Below are positions 26,801-36,337 of a stretch of DNA of 64,000 nt, piece by piece. The notes under the pieces are model-generated. The model saw only the letters and a program-made list of their open reading frames with translations. It ran no database searches and was not told the DNA's origin. Source of the DNA: a virus; IMG/VR virus record IMGVR_UViG_3300001199_000004; one strand, given 5' to 3'. The translations under genes and the position numbers were made by a program. The first letter of the stretch is position 1; each line of letters begins with the position of its first letter.

Positions 26801-27454
26801 ATGCGACAATTAAGTAAATACCGTAGTATTGATGCTCTTTATGACAGAGATGAAGTTATCATCTTGGATGGCATAGGTCATCTTCAAACAATTGTGGTTG
26901 ATGGAATAGAACAAAAAGTTTTGAGTAAACAAATTCTGAGAAATGCTCCACATCATCTGCATATTCCATTTTTAAGCACATCTATTGGAGATGCTGCTAA
27001 ATTAAAAACAATAATGCATTATTTTGTTTCATTTAGAGACAATTATAAAATAATGACTTTGTTTCAAAAGGTTGAAATTAGTGATGAAACCAGTTGGTTA
27101 ATTTATCATCCAAAAAAAGTAATTGCCATTATGGTGGCAAATGTTAACAGATATAGACATTATGTGGCTTATTACTTGAATGACAAAAATGAAGTTTTTA
27201 AGGTAAAAGGAAAATTTGTACGGCTTGAACACAAAAAATTGGCCATTTATAAATGTTTTGAATTTTTAGTTAAAAACGATGAAATTCATTGCGAAGACAA
27301 ATGGGCCGCAAAAATAAAAATGAATCAAGATGGCAGAACAGAAGAAATATTTTTCTGGTTTCAAAATAATCATTTACATAATATGACTGGTCCTGCAGTG
27401 ATTCATAGAGATGAAAAACATTATTTTACTCATGGAATAGAGTATAAACCATGA
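26801..27454 (+). CDS. RSID-tag family protein 22 (start revised; HxxxGPA repeats)
   Basis: KYRSIDALYDRDE; IHCEDKWA; LHNMTGPA. Confidence 0.8.
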   Translation: MRQLSKYRSIDALYDRDEVIILDGIGHLQTIVVDGIEQKVLSKQILRNAPHHLHIPFLSTSIGDAAKLKTIMHYFVSFRDNYKIMTLFQKVEISDETSWLIYHPKKVIAIMVANVNRYRHYVAYYLNDKNEVFKVKGKFVRLEHKKLAIYKCFEFLVKNDEIHCEDKWAAKIKMNQDGRTEEIFFWFQNNHLHNMTGPAVIHRDEKHYFTHGIEYKP

Positions 27455-27825
27455 CACGTTCCATTGACGCGGCTTGGGGAGAAGACGACGTTATTTTCCT
27501 GCCTAATTACGGACAATATTACATTGATATTCTCCATAATAACATGAAAAAAAGGGTTTATTATGAAGAGTCTAAAACGGCTGGTCCTTTATTTTTAGAT
27601 GTATTGGAAGCTATTAAGTCCATTTTGTTGGATGGGACAATAGTTCATAATGTTGGCCCTGAAGATATCATCACTTTTACTATTGTGAGTGGAGAATATC
27701 ATAGCATTGATGATAATCCTTCATTTTTATGGACTAGACCAGGAGAAAAAACGATAGCAAAATGGCACAACTATGGGACTATAATTAAATTAGAAAATAC
27801 TTTGATTGGACCGAGAGTATTATGA
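27451..27825 (+). CDS. RSID-tag family protein 23
   Basis: TRSIDAAWGEDD; YHSIDDNPS...WHNYG. Confidence 0.8.
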   Translation: MTRSIDAAWGEDDVIFLPNYGQYYIDILHNNMKKRVYYEESKTAGPLFLDVLEAIKSILLDGTIVHNVGPEDIITFTIVSGEYHSIDDNPSFLWTRPGEKTIAKWHNYGTIIKLENTLIGPRVL

Positions 27826-28508
27826 AAAGCATACGTTCTATTGATTCAACTTGGGATGAGGATGATTTAATTTCTTTTGATGAAAACGAAGGGACCAAGC
27901 ACACAGTTGTTTTTTACGCCAATGGTTGTAAAAAGCAATTTATCTGTTATAGTCCTAGCATGTATCAGGGAGTGGGTACAGAACAAATATTGGGCTATTG
28001 CCGACAGCTAGGAAACATCTTTCAAAACTCTGAAATCGTCATACCAGATAATGAATTTTCCTTGAGGATTAAAGCTAGATTTAAGGATGGTTTACTTCAT
28101 AACGAAACTAGTTGGGCTCTTGAGACTGCTTATGGGCCAAAAGAACCAATAGTTAAAAAAGAATGGTATTGTCAGGGTCAAAAACACAGTTATAATGATT
28201 GCCCGTCTATTGTTTTTCCTAATTTTACCTTAACTTGGCATGAAATGGGTTATGAAAATGTTTATAGGGTTGGCAAACCTTGTGTGATTTATCCCCCATC
28301 TATTCATGGATATGATAAAGTATTGATTACTATTGGGTTTAATGACAAAAAATATGTAACAATGCCCCTTTGTACACAAGAAAAAATCACCCCAGATGAG
28401 CTAGTCAAATATGAGCCCAAATATTTTGATTATGTGGATTATGATAAGTTTGTAGATTATGTAGCATATTTGAAAGAATCATCTAAGGGCATCAAAAATG
28501 AAGCATAG
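27822..28508 (+). CDS. RSID-tag family protein 24 (degenerate HxxxGPA repeats)
   Basis: IRSIDSTWDEDD; LHNETSWA; HSYNDCPS. Confidence 0.8.
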   Translation: MKSIRSIDSTWDEDDLISFDENEGTKHTVVFYANGCKKQFICYSPSMYQGVGTEQILGYCRQLGNIFQNSEIVIPDNEFSLRIKARFKDGLLHNETSWALETAYGPKEPIVKKEWYCQGQKHSYNDCPSIVFPNFTLTWHEMGYENVYRVGKPCVIYPPSIHGYDKVLITIGFNDKKYVTMPLCTQEKITPDELVKYEPKYFDYVDYDKFVDYVAYLKESSKGIKNEA

Positions 28509-29301
28509 AAATATTGATGCACCTTGGGATACAGATGAACCTTATGTTCGCATTAACCCCTCTGCTCCATATAAAGAGGTTAAATACAACGATCACAAAG
28601 GATTTGTAGCTGGTCCTGTTGTGGATGTTAAAAATGGACAAGTTGTATTAAACAATGATTTTTGGAATGCGTTCAATCATTTCAATCAAGTGTCATTTGG
28701 TGAATATACAATAGAAACAAAAAACAGTTTTATTAGTGGCAATTACGATTCTTCAAAAACAAGTATTAATCGTATTTATTATTTTAATGAACATGGGGCG
28801 GCTTATAATTTGGAAATTTATAGCCCAAGCAATACAAAACCCACATATTTAATTAATGATTGTGATGTCATTTCTACCATAAAAAAATTGGATCAATCGC
28901 ATAAAGCGACATTTACTTTTGGCGAATATGGTGAAATTGAATTGTTTGGAGAATGCACTGTGAGTGGAATAAAATGTTATTTCACAAATGGCAAACCTTG
29001 TGGAAATGCAGGTATTTATCAGTATAATGATGGTGAATTAGATTGTGATAATTTATGGAAAAAACTATCAAAAAATTATTTGTCTGATGAATCTATTGGC
29101 AAAGTAGCATATAATTTATGGGAAGCCACAGGTAGATTAGAGGGACAAAGTGAAAAAAACTGGAGAGACGCCAAGTGGCAAATGGAGACTTTACTAGAAG
29201 TGGATTATGATATTTACAAAGATTTAGGTCTTGTTTGGCCTGGGAACGCAAAACAAATTATTAAAACCTTATTTTATGGCATTCTTCATGAAACGGCTTA
29301 G
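28498..29301 (+). CDS. RSID-tag family protein 25 with DUF2934-like segment
   Basis: HRNIDAPWDTDE; IGKVAYNLWEATGRLEGQSEKNWRDAKWQ. Confidence 0.75.
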   Translation: MKHRNIDAPWDTDEPYVRINPSAPYKEVKYNDHKGFVAGPVVDVKNGQVVLNNDFWNAFNHFNQVSFGEYTIETKNSFISGNYDSSKTSINRIYYFNEHGAAYNLEIYSPSNTKPTYLINDCDVISTIKKLDQSHKATFTFGEYGEIELFGECTVSGIKCYFTNGKPCGNAGIYQYNDGELDCDNLWKKLSKNYLSDESIGKVAYNLWEATGRLEGQSEKNWRDAKWQMETLLEVDYDIYKDLGLVWPGNAKQIIKTLFYGILHETA

Positions 29302-29581
29302 AAAATCAAATCGACAAGACCAATTGATGCGGGCCTTAATTGTCATTGAAATGCTGTCATTATTGAATGAAATTGTCAGTGAAGAAGAAAAAGCCGATGT
29401 ATTAGGGTCCATTTATTCTATTGCTCATGGAGTTTTAGGCCACTGTAAAGCTTGTGGGAATAAATGGACTAGGCTGGTTGAGAATCTTGAGGCTGATTTT
29501 TTAGCCAAAAATCATTGTAACCCTAAAAGGGTATTGGCTAAGAGTTCAAAAAAAACCATTCCATTGTACCTTAGAGGGTAG
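29288..29581 (+). CDS. Hypothetical protein
   Basis: Overlaps the previous stop; ends through a motif copy. Confidence 0.6.
   Translation: MKRLRKSNRQDQLMRALIVIEMLSLLNEIVSEEEKADVLGSIYSIAHGVLGHCKACGNKWTRLVENLEADFLAKNHCNPKRVLAKSSKKTIPLYLRG
29557..29572 (+). promoter_or_regulatory. Repeated motif (CC variant)
   Basis: CATTCCATTGTACCTT-AGAGGGT-AGGAGACACATT-ATG. Confidence 0.75.
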
Positions 29582-29591
29582 GAGACACATT

Positions 29592-29873
29592 ATGAAAAAC
29601 GTTCGTACAACTACGCCTGCTGGTTATATTAGACCTGAAGACATGTCGGTGGAAGGTTTACGAGGCGGTCTAGCTCCTGTTGTTGCTGGACTTTATGATC
29701 GTGCAAATGATTTGATGAAACTGTTGGCAGGTTACAGTCCTACTGATAGAAACTACAAAATGGAAACTATTGTGCGGTTATCGTTAATTGCACGGAATAA
29801 TCCAAAGGTTCAAGAAGAGTTGAATGATTGTCTTGATGAATTTGAGAAAAAATACAGTTGGTTGTGGAAATAA
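29592..29873 (+). CDS. Hypothetical protein (93 aa)
   Basis: AGGAG SD after the motif. Confidence 0.7.
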   Translation: MKNVRTTTPAGYIRPEDMSVEGLRGGLAPVVAGLYDRANDLMKLLAGYSPTDRNYKMETIVRLSLIARNNPKVQEELNDCLDEFEKKYSWLWK

Positions 29874-29877
29874 TAAA

Positions 29878-30882
29878 ATGCCTGATTTAAAAGACGGTGA
29901 AACAGCAAATGTTCAAGGCTCTGCCAAGGTTCCTTATGTTTTAAAGAACGTTGGCGGCGTTTATTCTTGTTCTTGTATTGCTTGGCGAAATCAATCTTTG
30001 CCAATTGATAAAAGAACATGTAAACATCTTAAGAAGTATCGGGGAGAAGCCCTAGAATTGGCCCGTATTGGGTCTACAGAAGAGATCAAGAAAGAAAAGG
30101 AAGAAAATCCCACTGAAAAGGCCCCTGTCCTCTTAGCCCATCCCTGGGATTTAGAAACGGACATTATGGGCTGGTGGTTGAGTGAAAAATTAGATGGCAT
30201 TCGTGCCTATTGGGATGGAAAAGACTTAATTTCCAGATTGGGCAATGTTTTTCATGCTCCTGATTGGTTTAAGGCTGGTTTTCCTAGTTTTAAGCTAGAT
30301 GGTGAATTATGGGTAGGACGAAAAAAGTTTAATGAAACTTCTGGCATTGTGCGGCGGCATGATGGCGGTGATCTTTGGAAAAAAGTATCTTATCTTGTTT
30401 TTGATGCTCCTGAAATTAATGGAGAATTTGAAAGCCGCATGGGTTTTCTAAGTCGTCATTTTTTGAATTCTTCTGGTTATGCCAAAGTATTGGAACACAA
30501 GGAATGTTTGGGTGTTGACCATCTTAAAGCTGAATTAAAACGAATTGAGGGTTTGGGGGGAGAAGGAATGATGCTTCGACAACCCAAATCTCTTTATGAG
30601 ATTGGACGCTCGCATACTTTGCTTAAAGTTAAAAGTATGCATGATATGGAGGCTATTGTTGAAAGTTACGAGCCTGGAAAGGGCAGACATAAAGGGCGAG
30701 TTGGGGCACTTTTGGTTAAACTGCCGAATGGGGTTCGATTTAAGATTGGGACTGGCTTGAGTGATATGGTTAGAAACCATCCCCCTAAGATAGGGAATAC
30801 CATTACTTTCCACTATACAGAGTTGTTGGCTAGTGGCAAACCAAGATTTGCGGCTTATTTAAGAGAACGAGACATTTACTAG
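29878..30882 (+). CDS. ATP-dependent DNA ligase with N-terminal SWIM zinc finger
   Basis: SEKLDGIRA (motif I), LDGELW, FDAP, EGMMLR, LLKVK; N-terminal YSCSC...TCKH. Confidence 0.92.
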   Translation: MPDLKDGETANVQGSAKVPYVLKNVGGVYSCSCIAWRNQSLPIDKRTCKHLKKYRGEALELARIGSTEEIKKEKEENPTEKAPVLLAHPWDLETDIMGWWLSEKLDGIRAYWDGKDLISRLGNVFHAPDWFKAGFPSFKLDGELWVGRKKFNETSGIVRRHDGGDLWKKVSYLVFDAPEINGEFESRMGFLSRHFLNSSGYAKVLEHKECLGVDHLKAELKRIEGLGGEGMMLRQPKSLYEIGRSHTLLKVKSMHDMEAIVESYEPGKGRHKGRVGALLVKLPNGVRFKIGTGLSDMVRNHPPKIGNTITFHYTELLASGKPRFAAYLRERDIY

Positions 30883-30887
30883 AAAAT

Positions 30888-30903
30888 CATTTGATTGTAC
30901 CTT
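30888..30903 (+). promoter_or_regulatory. Repeated motif
   Basis: CATTTGATTGTACCTT-AAAGGGT-AGGATAAAATC-ATG. Confidence 0.75.
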
Positions 30904-31206
30904 AAAGGGTAGGATAAAATCATGCAAGTAAAATGTATTAAAACGGTTAAAAACCATTGGCTTAAAACAGGCACTATTATTGTTAATGAATGGATAAAGG
31001 TGAAGTAATGGGAAATCCTAGTATGGAATATCCGATTGATATTCAAGAAGCTTCTATAAAGCTTAACTTTGAAAATTCGGATAAGGCTCAAAAATTCTTT
31101 GATTGGTGGCAAAGTTGCGGAAAAAGCCTTTGGGAAAACAAGGATATAAATTTTTCTAAAATGTATAAAGGAAAAATTAAAGCGAGTTATAAAGGAAAAA
31201 AGTAAA

Positions 31207-31536
31207 ATGCCACGATATATTGTAAAAATTCCTCACAAAGGTCAAGATTATTATATGGATTGGAGTACCATTGTTGATGCTCCAGTCACACATGGGATGC
31301 CATTAGAGGAATATAAAATCTATTACCGTGATGAATATGGCCGACAAGCTTTTGAGGGGTTTGAATTTGAGCAACGGATGAAGCGAGTTGAGGAAAAAGG
31401 CACAAGTTCTATGATGCACGAAAATGTTGAAGATTTAGTTTCTTATAATCGTGCTGGCGATAAAGAAGCCTGCCTTGATTTACAGGGAATTATTCAAAGA
31501 TATATTGTGGATCGTTCCAAAGGGGTCCAAAGTTAA
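31207..31536 (+). CDS. Hypothetical phage protein (109 aa)
   Basis: ORF; WSTIVDAP...NRAG. Confidence 0.75.
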   Translation: MPRYIVKIPHKGQDYYMDWSTIVDAPVTHGMPLEEYKIYYRDEYGRQAFEGFEFEQRMKRVEEKGTSSMMHENVEDLVSYNRAGDKEACLDLQGIIQRYIVDRSKGVQS

Positions 31537-31749
31537 ATGAATAAGCGACTTGATTTTGACGCATTTTTGACACGTATTCTCGTTGGTTATTATGACCAAA
31601 CTGGAATTGCCCAATTCAGAATTGATCTTTTGAACAATTACGGCTGGGAACATGAAGAAATTTTCCAAAAATTGTCCTCTGAACACGATGATTTGTTTGG
31701 CCTGCAACGTCTTGAAGAAATCTTAGGTTCTTTTGTTAAACTGATTTAA
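31537..31749 (+). CDS. Hypothetical protein (70 aa)
   Basis: Abuts the upstream stop. Confidence 0.6.
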   Translation: MNKRLDFDAFLTRILVGYYDQTGIAQFRIDLLNNYGWEHEEIFQKLSSEHDDLFGLQRLEEILGSFVKLI

Positions 31750-31762
31750 GTCCGAAGTTAAT

Positions 31763-31778
31763 CATTTGATTGTACCTT
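31763..31778 (+). promoter_or_regulatory. Repeated motif
   Basis: CATTTGATTGTACCTT-ATAAGGT-A. Confidence 0.75.
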
Positions 31779-31798
31779 ATAAGGTATGGAGCCAAACA

Positions 31799-32404
31799 AT
31801 GCCTAAAACCAAACAAGAAATATTTACATTCGTTGAAGTAAGCAACAGCTATAGCAAAGAGTGGGAAGTTGGCTGTAATTACGACGCAAACGATAAACAA
31901 ACCAAAGAACCAATTAATATTGGTAAAATTTGCATCTATCCTTCATCCAAAGATAAACTATCAATTGTTAGGGTTGGCCCAGATAGATGGACAGAACGTT
32001 GGTCTACTCCAAAACTTGGAGCTAAATTTGCCGATAAAGAAGCCGCAGCTTGGGCCTTATTGGTAATTTATCAGTCTATTCAAGACAATCCACTGCCTTC
32101 CGAAGTACGGTCTTTTTTGGATAGACGCGGCGAACATTTACGCAAAGAAAAAGACGACACACTTGGTAGAATTTATGCAATTCAACGTGAACAGGCTGAA
32201 TTGCAGCATATGGCCAATAAACATGGCCTTGAGTTTGATTTTGGCGTTGACATGAAAAAAGAGGTTTCTGACCTTAAAAACTTCATGGCTGAAAACAATG
32301 ATGCATTATATGAACATTTGGGTAAGGATTTTGCCCGTAGTTTGCGGGTTTATGTCAAGAGTGTTGTTAAGTTAGTTGATGCAGAAGCTGCAGAGGAAAT
32401 TTAA
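31799..32404 (+). CDS. Hypothetical protein (start revised to MPKTKQ)
   Basis: GGAG SD after the motif. Confidence 0.75.
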   Translation: MPKTKQEIFTFVEVSNSYSKEWEVGCNYDANDKQTKEPINIGKICIYPSSKDKLSIVRVGPDRWTERWSTPKLGAKFADKEAAAWALLVIYQSIQDNPLPSEVRSFLDRRGEHLRKEKDDTLGRIYAIQREQAELQHMANKHGLEFDFGVDMKKEVSDLKNFMAENNDALYEHLGKDFARSLRVYVKSVVKLVDAEAAEEI

Positions 32405-32414
32405 TGGTTGAAAC

Positions 32415-32430
32415 CATTTGATTGTACCTT
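32415..32430 (+). promoter_or_regulatory. Repeated motif
   Basis: CATTTGATTGTACCTT-ATAGAGT-ATT-ATG. Confidence 0.75.
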
Positions 32431-32440
32431 ATAGAGTATT

Positions 32441-32893
32441 ATGACACTTCAAGACATTCAATTACTGAAAATTCGTGTATCTGGCCAGTGGAACTTTTTT
32501 GATGGCGAAAAGATTGCGAAAATCTTTGAAGACAACCAAAAGTGTTGGAAAACATTAGTTTTCGGCCATTTTGATGATGGGCCTTTCTACGGTGTTTTAA
32601 GTGAACTTAGGGATTTACCTTATGGTCATGGGGACACCATTTGGGTGAGAATCAAGGAAACGTCCTTTTTTGATTTTGTTGAATTAATTGAAGAACTACA
32701 GGCTGATGAAGTAAGTTTTGTTCTTCAGAAAAAAGGCATTCTTTATGGTTCTGGTTATCATAATTTTGAAAACAAAGATAAATTGATTGCTGCTTATAAG
32801 AACAAAACTCCCTATAACGCCAATTACGACATCAAAAAGGCTTATGGTGGTTATTTTGACAATGAGATTTTATTTCGTTTGTGGTGGGATTAA
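32441..32893 (+). CDS. Hypothetical protein ending RLWWD
   Basis: ORF directly after the motif. Confidence 0.75.
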   Translation: MTLQDIQLLKIRVSGQWNFFDGEKIAKIFEDNQKCWKTLVFGHFDDGPFYGVLSELRDLPYGHGDTIWVRIKETSFFDFVELIEELQADEVSFVLQKKGILYGSGYHNFENKDKLIAAYKNKTPYNANYDIKKAYGGYFDNEILFRLWWD

Positions 32894-32907
32894 TTAAGGA
32901 AAATAAA

Positions 32908-33426
32908 ATGGGATATGAGACTCGAATTCACGTTTTGTATGGTGTTAATCATCCTTGGAATTATGACGGTAAGTCTGTTTTAACTGGTGTTGAAATTGCC
33001 TCTATGGATTTATGCAAATGTGGTGAAGGGGCAGTTTCCAAGGTAATTAACGATTGTAAAATTGATGTAAAACTTCATCCAGAACATCCTGTTTATGGAT
33101 TGTATACACGAACTGCTGATGAAACTCAAGAATATGTTGAACTTCTTCGGGAATTTCTTGAACATGAAAAATTTGATGAAATTCTAAAAGACAATAATTA
33201 CACCAAGGAAAAGTTTCAAAAGTTGACCGACAACATTGAAGATGGCGTGATTACTAAGGATTGTTATAGTGACAATCTTGTTTGTGTCCCTGGCGTTCGT
33301 TTTTTGAAGGCTCTTAAAGAAGATTTTGTTCAAGAAAAGTATCGGCGTTATGAAATGGCTATTGCCATGTTGGAAAGCATTTTGAAGCATTTTTCCGACG
33401 CACAGGTGTTTACTTATGGGCATTAA
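32908..33426 (+). CDS. Hypothetical protein (start revised to MGYETR)
   Basis: AAGGA SD. Confidence 0.75.
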   Translation: MGYETRIHVLYGVNHPWNYDGKSVLTGVEIASMDLCKCGEGAVSKVINDCKIDVKLHPEHPVYGLYTRTADETQEYVELLREFLEHEKFDEILKDNNYTKEKFQKLTDNIEDGVITKDCYSDNLVCVPGVRFLKALKEDFVQEKYRRYEMAIAMLESILKHFSDAQVFTYGH

Positions 33427-33913
33427 AATTGACCCCAACAAGCTAATTTATCTTGTTAAAATTAAACAAGCTCATCGGCAAGGTTGGCTTACTGGCAATT
33501 ATGAAGATGATGTAGCAAAACAGTCTAAAAATGCCTACCAATTTGGCAACATGCAAAATGCAGTAAAGTGGGTTGGGCATTGGGTTAAGGAACAGGATAA
33601 TGAAGTTTTAGACATTCATATTTATGAATCAAAACCAGTTTATTAACAGGAATTTCACGATGAAAGCTTCTGATATAGCTAAAGTTTGGGCGTGGCTAGA
33701 AAATAAAAAACCTGGGGCTACAAACGGCCAACTTCAAGAGGTAGCCGAGCAGTATTTTGGTAAAATCGTTTGGGATAGCCAAATGGGTTGGGGAGAAGGC
33801 ATGATTATTTGTCGTTTTCCTGAGCATGGAATAGACGGACGTAGTTGTGGCCAATGCACAGGTGAAGAAGCACTTCTCGACGCTCTTACTAAACTTATTT
33901 AGACTGGAATCCA

Positions 33914-34975
33914 ATGAGTTTTGATGCTACTTGTTTCCTTTCAGGACTTCCTATTGTTCATGGGGACAAAGTTCGTTTTTTTATCATTCAAGAAATTGAT
34001 AAAAAAAATTCATTTCACAATTGCATAATCCACCCCGATTCCCTTTATAAATTGGCTACGATGCCGATTGCTGGTGAATATTATGATTATGGTGCGATTG
34101 AGAACATTGAAAATAATGCCCATACAGGGCATATTGAACAGATGTTCCAAGGCATGGAAAAAAAGAAACGATTTAGTCACGATAAAGCAGATTTTGTCAA
34201 ACAATATGAACAATATTCCATTGATTATTATACGCAAATCATATCCAGAGCCAAAAACTGCATTTTAAGTACAGGCTATTCTGATGCTGGCTGTAATGTT
34301 CTACACACTCTTTGCCATGAGGACGCCTACAGAGCCGTTATTCGTGCTGAAAAGCTAACTCTCAATGAAGAGAGAGAACGGCGAAATGAATGGAACAAGC
34401 AAGCAAAACCATATATGGTTAAAAACAAACATACTGCTTCTTGGAGCAATTTTCTATCCGAAGAAAAAGAAGAAATAGACAATTGGAACAAATGGGTTCG
34501 TCTTTTATCTAAAGATAAAGATTTATCTTATAAGGTTGATTCTGGATGGGGGAAAGACCTTTGTACATATCAAGAGAGGGCCAAAGATAAAGACGAATTT
34601 TTCTCTAACAAATATCCACAATTAGTGTCTTTACCTGGAATCGAATCAGTTTTTAATGACACTCATAGTTGTAATTATTTTATGGATAGAATAAATTGTG
34701 AGGGTTCTTATAGCACTTATTGGTTCAATGAGTTATATTGTCGGCCTTTTATCGAAAAATTTGAACAAAATCAATTAACTGTAGATTCTGCTGAATGGCA
34801 GTCTTGGCGTCAAACTTTGGCTGAATTTATCTTGTTTGCTGATGGGATGAAGAGTTTGCGTAAATTCTATGTTCCTTTTATCTATGCTCCCAGCCATGCT
34901 GATATTGATTTAAACAAGTTCTTTAACAAGGCTGTGACCAAAATCATTGGAAATAAAGAGCGAAACCGAGAATAA
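33914..34975 (+). CDS. Hypothetical protein (353 aa)
   Basis: Long ORF; CFLSGLPI...GEYYDYG. Confidence 0.8.
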   Translation: MSFDATCFLSGLPIVHGDKVRFFIIQEIDKKNSFHNCIIHPDSLYKLATMPIAGEYYDYGAIENIENNAHTGHIEQMFQGMEKKKRFSHDKADFVKQYEQYSIDYYTQIISRAKNCILSTGYSDAGCNVLHTLCHEDAYRAVIRAEKLTLNEERERRNEWNKQAKPYMVKNKHTASWSNFLSEEKEEIDNWNKWVRLLSKDKDLSYKVDSGWGKDLCTYQERAKDKDEFFSNKYPQLVSLPGIESVFNDTHSCNYFMDRINCEGSYSTYWFNELYCRPFIEKFEQNQLTVDSAEWQSWRQTLAEFILFADGMKSLRKFYVPFIYAPSHADIDLNKFFNKAVTKIIGNKERNRE

Positions 34976-34976
34976 C

Positions 34977-34992
34977 CATTTGATTGTACCTT
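34977..34992 (+). promoter_or_regulatory. Repeated motif upstream of the sigma-like gene
   Basis: CATTTGATTGTACCTT-AAAGGGT-A; followed by the palindrome CGTTTGAC-T-GTCAAACG (35011-35027). Confidence 0.75.
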
Positions 34993-35063
34993 AAAGGGTA
35001 TGAAGCGAACCGTTTGACTGTCAAACGACTCTTATTGATAGACACCATTTAAGGATAAAAATT

Positions 35064-35987
35064 ATGTTTCCTCATGTTAAGTTGGGTAAAAATGAACTTT
35101 CGGCTTGTTTGGAAAAGCTGTTGGATGCTCACCAAAGATTTCAAAAATGGAGTGCTTTTGCTCCTTCTGCCAAGAGCTTGAAAGACATGCTTTTTAAGAA
35201 GAATGTCTCGACGATTCCTGAGGACAAGCAAGCTGACTTTTTGGCAGATTGCGAAGTGATTTCTGGGCTCAAGAAAAGTGTTTCTTGGCTAGATAATCGT
35301 TCGATTGAAGAGGCAATTATCTCTAATTTTGTTCCTTTGATTTCCAAGTTTGCTGGTAAGTGGAGACATCTTGACCCGCACAACGACAACTTTGGAGACT
35401 TTTTTGATGAAGGGTGTTTGACGGTTGTAAATGCCATTTACCAATGGGATGGCAGAACAAAGATGATTACTTATTTGTACTGTTCGCTTCATAACAAGAT
35501 GATGACGGCAGCAAATAGAGACAGCATGTTTTGCCCGATGAATCTCAAAGACAGAAAAATCCTTGAAAAGTTCAACAATTACCGTAAGGATTTCCCTTTT
35601 GCTACTTTTGATGAAGTGGTGGAAGCGGTAAAATTCACCAAGAAACAGATTGGAATTTTGAACAATTTGATGAACAAAATCCTTTTGGAAAGTGATTTGC
35701 AAAATGGGGAAGATGATGAAGATGAAGACTATACTTCTCTTCGGACTGACCTTGTGCCCCAAGAGAATGGTTGGGTTGACCTTCAAGCAATCATCAACAA
35801 TGTTGAACTGAATCCAGTTGAACAACAAATTTTGGATGCTTGTCGGAACAAGCCGCGTGGTTGGCAGTCGGAATTGTCGGAAATTGCTTTGGCTGATGGT
35901 AAAAAACATAGCAAACAAAGTATTGGCCTGATTTATCATGGAGTTGTTGCAAAACTCCGTAGACAAAAGGATAGAATGGTAGCATAA
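35064..35987 (+). CDS. Divergent sigma-70-family RNA polymerase sigma factor
   Basis: Region-2-like IISNFVPLISKFAGKW...DFFDEGCLTVVNAIYQWD...MITYLY; region-4-like LNPVEQQIL...SKQSIGLIYHGVVAKLR. Confidence 0.75.
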   Translation: MFPHVKLGKNELSACLEKLLDAHQRFQKWSAFAPSAKSLKDMLFKKNVSTIPEDKQADFLADCEVISGLKKSVSWLDNRSIEEAIISNFVPLISKFAGKWRHLDPHNDNFGDFFDEGCLTVVNAIYQWDGRTKMITYLYCSLHNKMMTAANRDSMFCPMNLKDRKILEKFNNYRKDFPFATFDEVVEAVKFTKKQIGILNNLMNKILLESDLQNGEDDEDEDYTSLRTDLVPQENGWVDLQAIINNVELNPVEQQILDACRNKPRGWQSELSEIALADGKKHSKQSIGLIYHGVVAKLRRQKDRMVA

Positions 35988-36013
35988 TTGTTGGAGAAAC
36001 TTCGTTTTCTCCT

Positions 36014-36051
36014 TTGGGGGTGCAGTTGAAAGATTGCCCCCCAATAATTTT
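36014..36051 (+). terminator. Intrinsic terminator after the sigma gene
   Basis: TTGGGGG-TGCAGT...ATTGC-CCCCCAA then TAATTTT. Confidence 0.65.
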
Positions 36052-36073
36052 ACTTAAAGGAATTTTGAGGATA

Positions 36074-36337
36074 ATGCAAAAAACGTTGTACGGTCCTTAT
36101 GGCATCAAATTGGTGCTGGACACTGATGAGGTATTTCCTGACGATCCCGGCAATGGAACGCCTGCAATGGTCCATTATAGCACTGGAAGTGCCACCTATT
36201 GGTGTGCCATTGGTGAATCAGAAGTTTGGGACAAACAAGCAATTCGTTTACCTGACAGATGTTTAGATTGGTTAGAAAAACAAGAAACCGAATTGGATAA
36301 CTTTTTATTTAAGAAACAAAATGAAACATCTAGTTAA
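36074..36337 (+). CDS. Hypothetical protein (start revised to MQKTLY)
   Basis: GAGG SD; FPDDPGNGTPAMV. Confidence 0.7.
   Translation: MQKTLYGPYGIKLVLDTDEVFPDDPGNGTPAMVHYSTGSATYWCAIGESEVWDKQAIRLPDRCLDWLEKQETELDNFLFKKQNETSS

Larger units (their letters stand above)
14935..29301 (+). repeat. Tandem array of 25 RSIDxxW-tagged paralogous genes
   Basis: Nearly every ORF begins with R[SN]IDxx[WY][DEG]; interrupted only by 16277..16516, 25573..25869 and the vWA gene. Confidence 0.9.

Noticed and set aside
14935-29301. RSID tag as a DNA-level repeat or a diversity-generating retroelement target
   Set aside because: Extensive synonymous codon variation; no template/variable repeat pair with adenine-specific differences and no reverse transcriptase in the window
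31773-31786. Perfect palindrome TACCTTATAAGGTA suggesting the motif is a dyad operator
   Set aside because: Only this copy is perfectly symmetric; the right half varies freely in the others (e.g. AAACACTA, AAATGATA)
35289-36044. 251-aa antisense ORF
   Set aside because: Shadow of the sigma-like gene; no recognisable motifs
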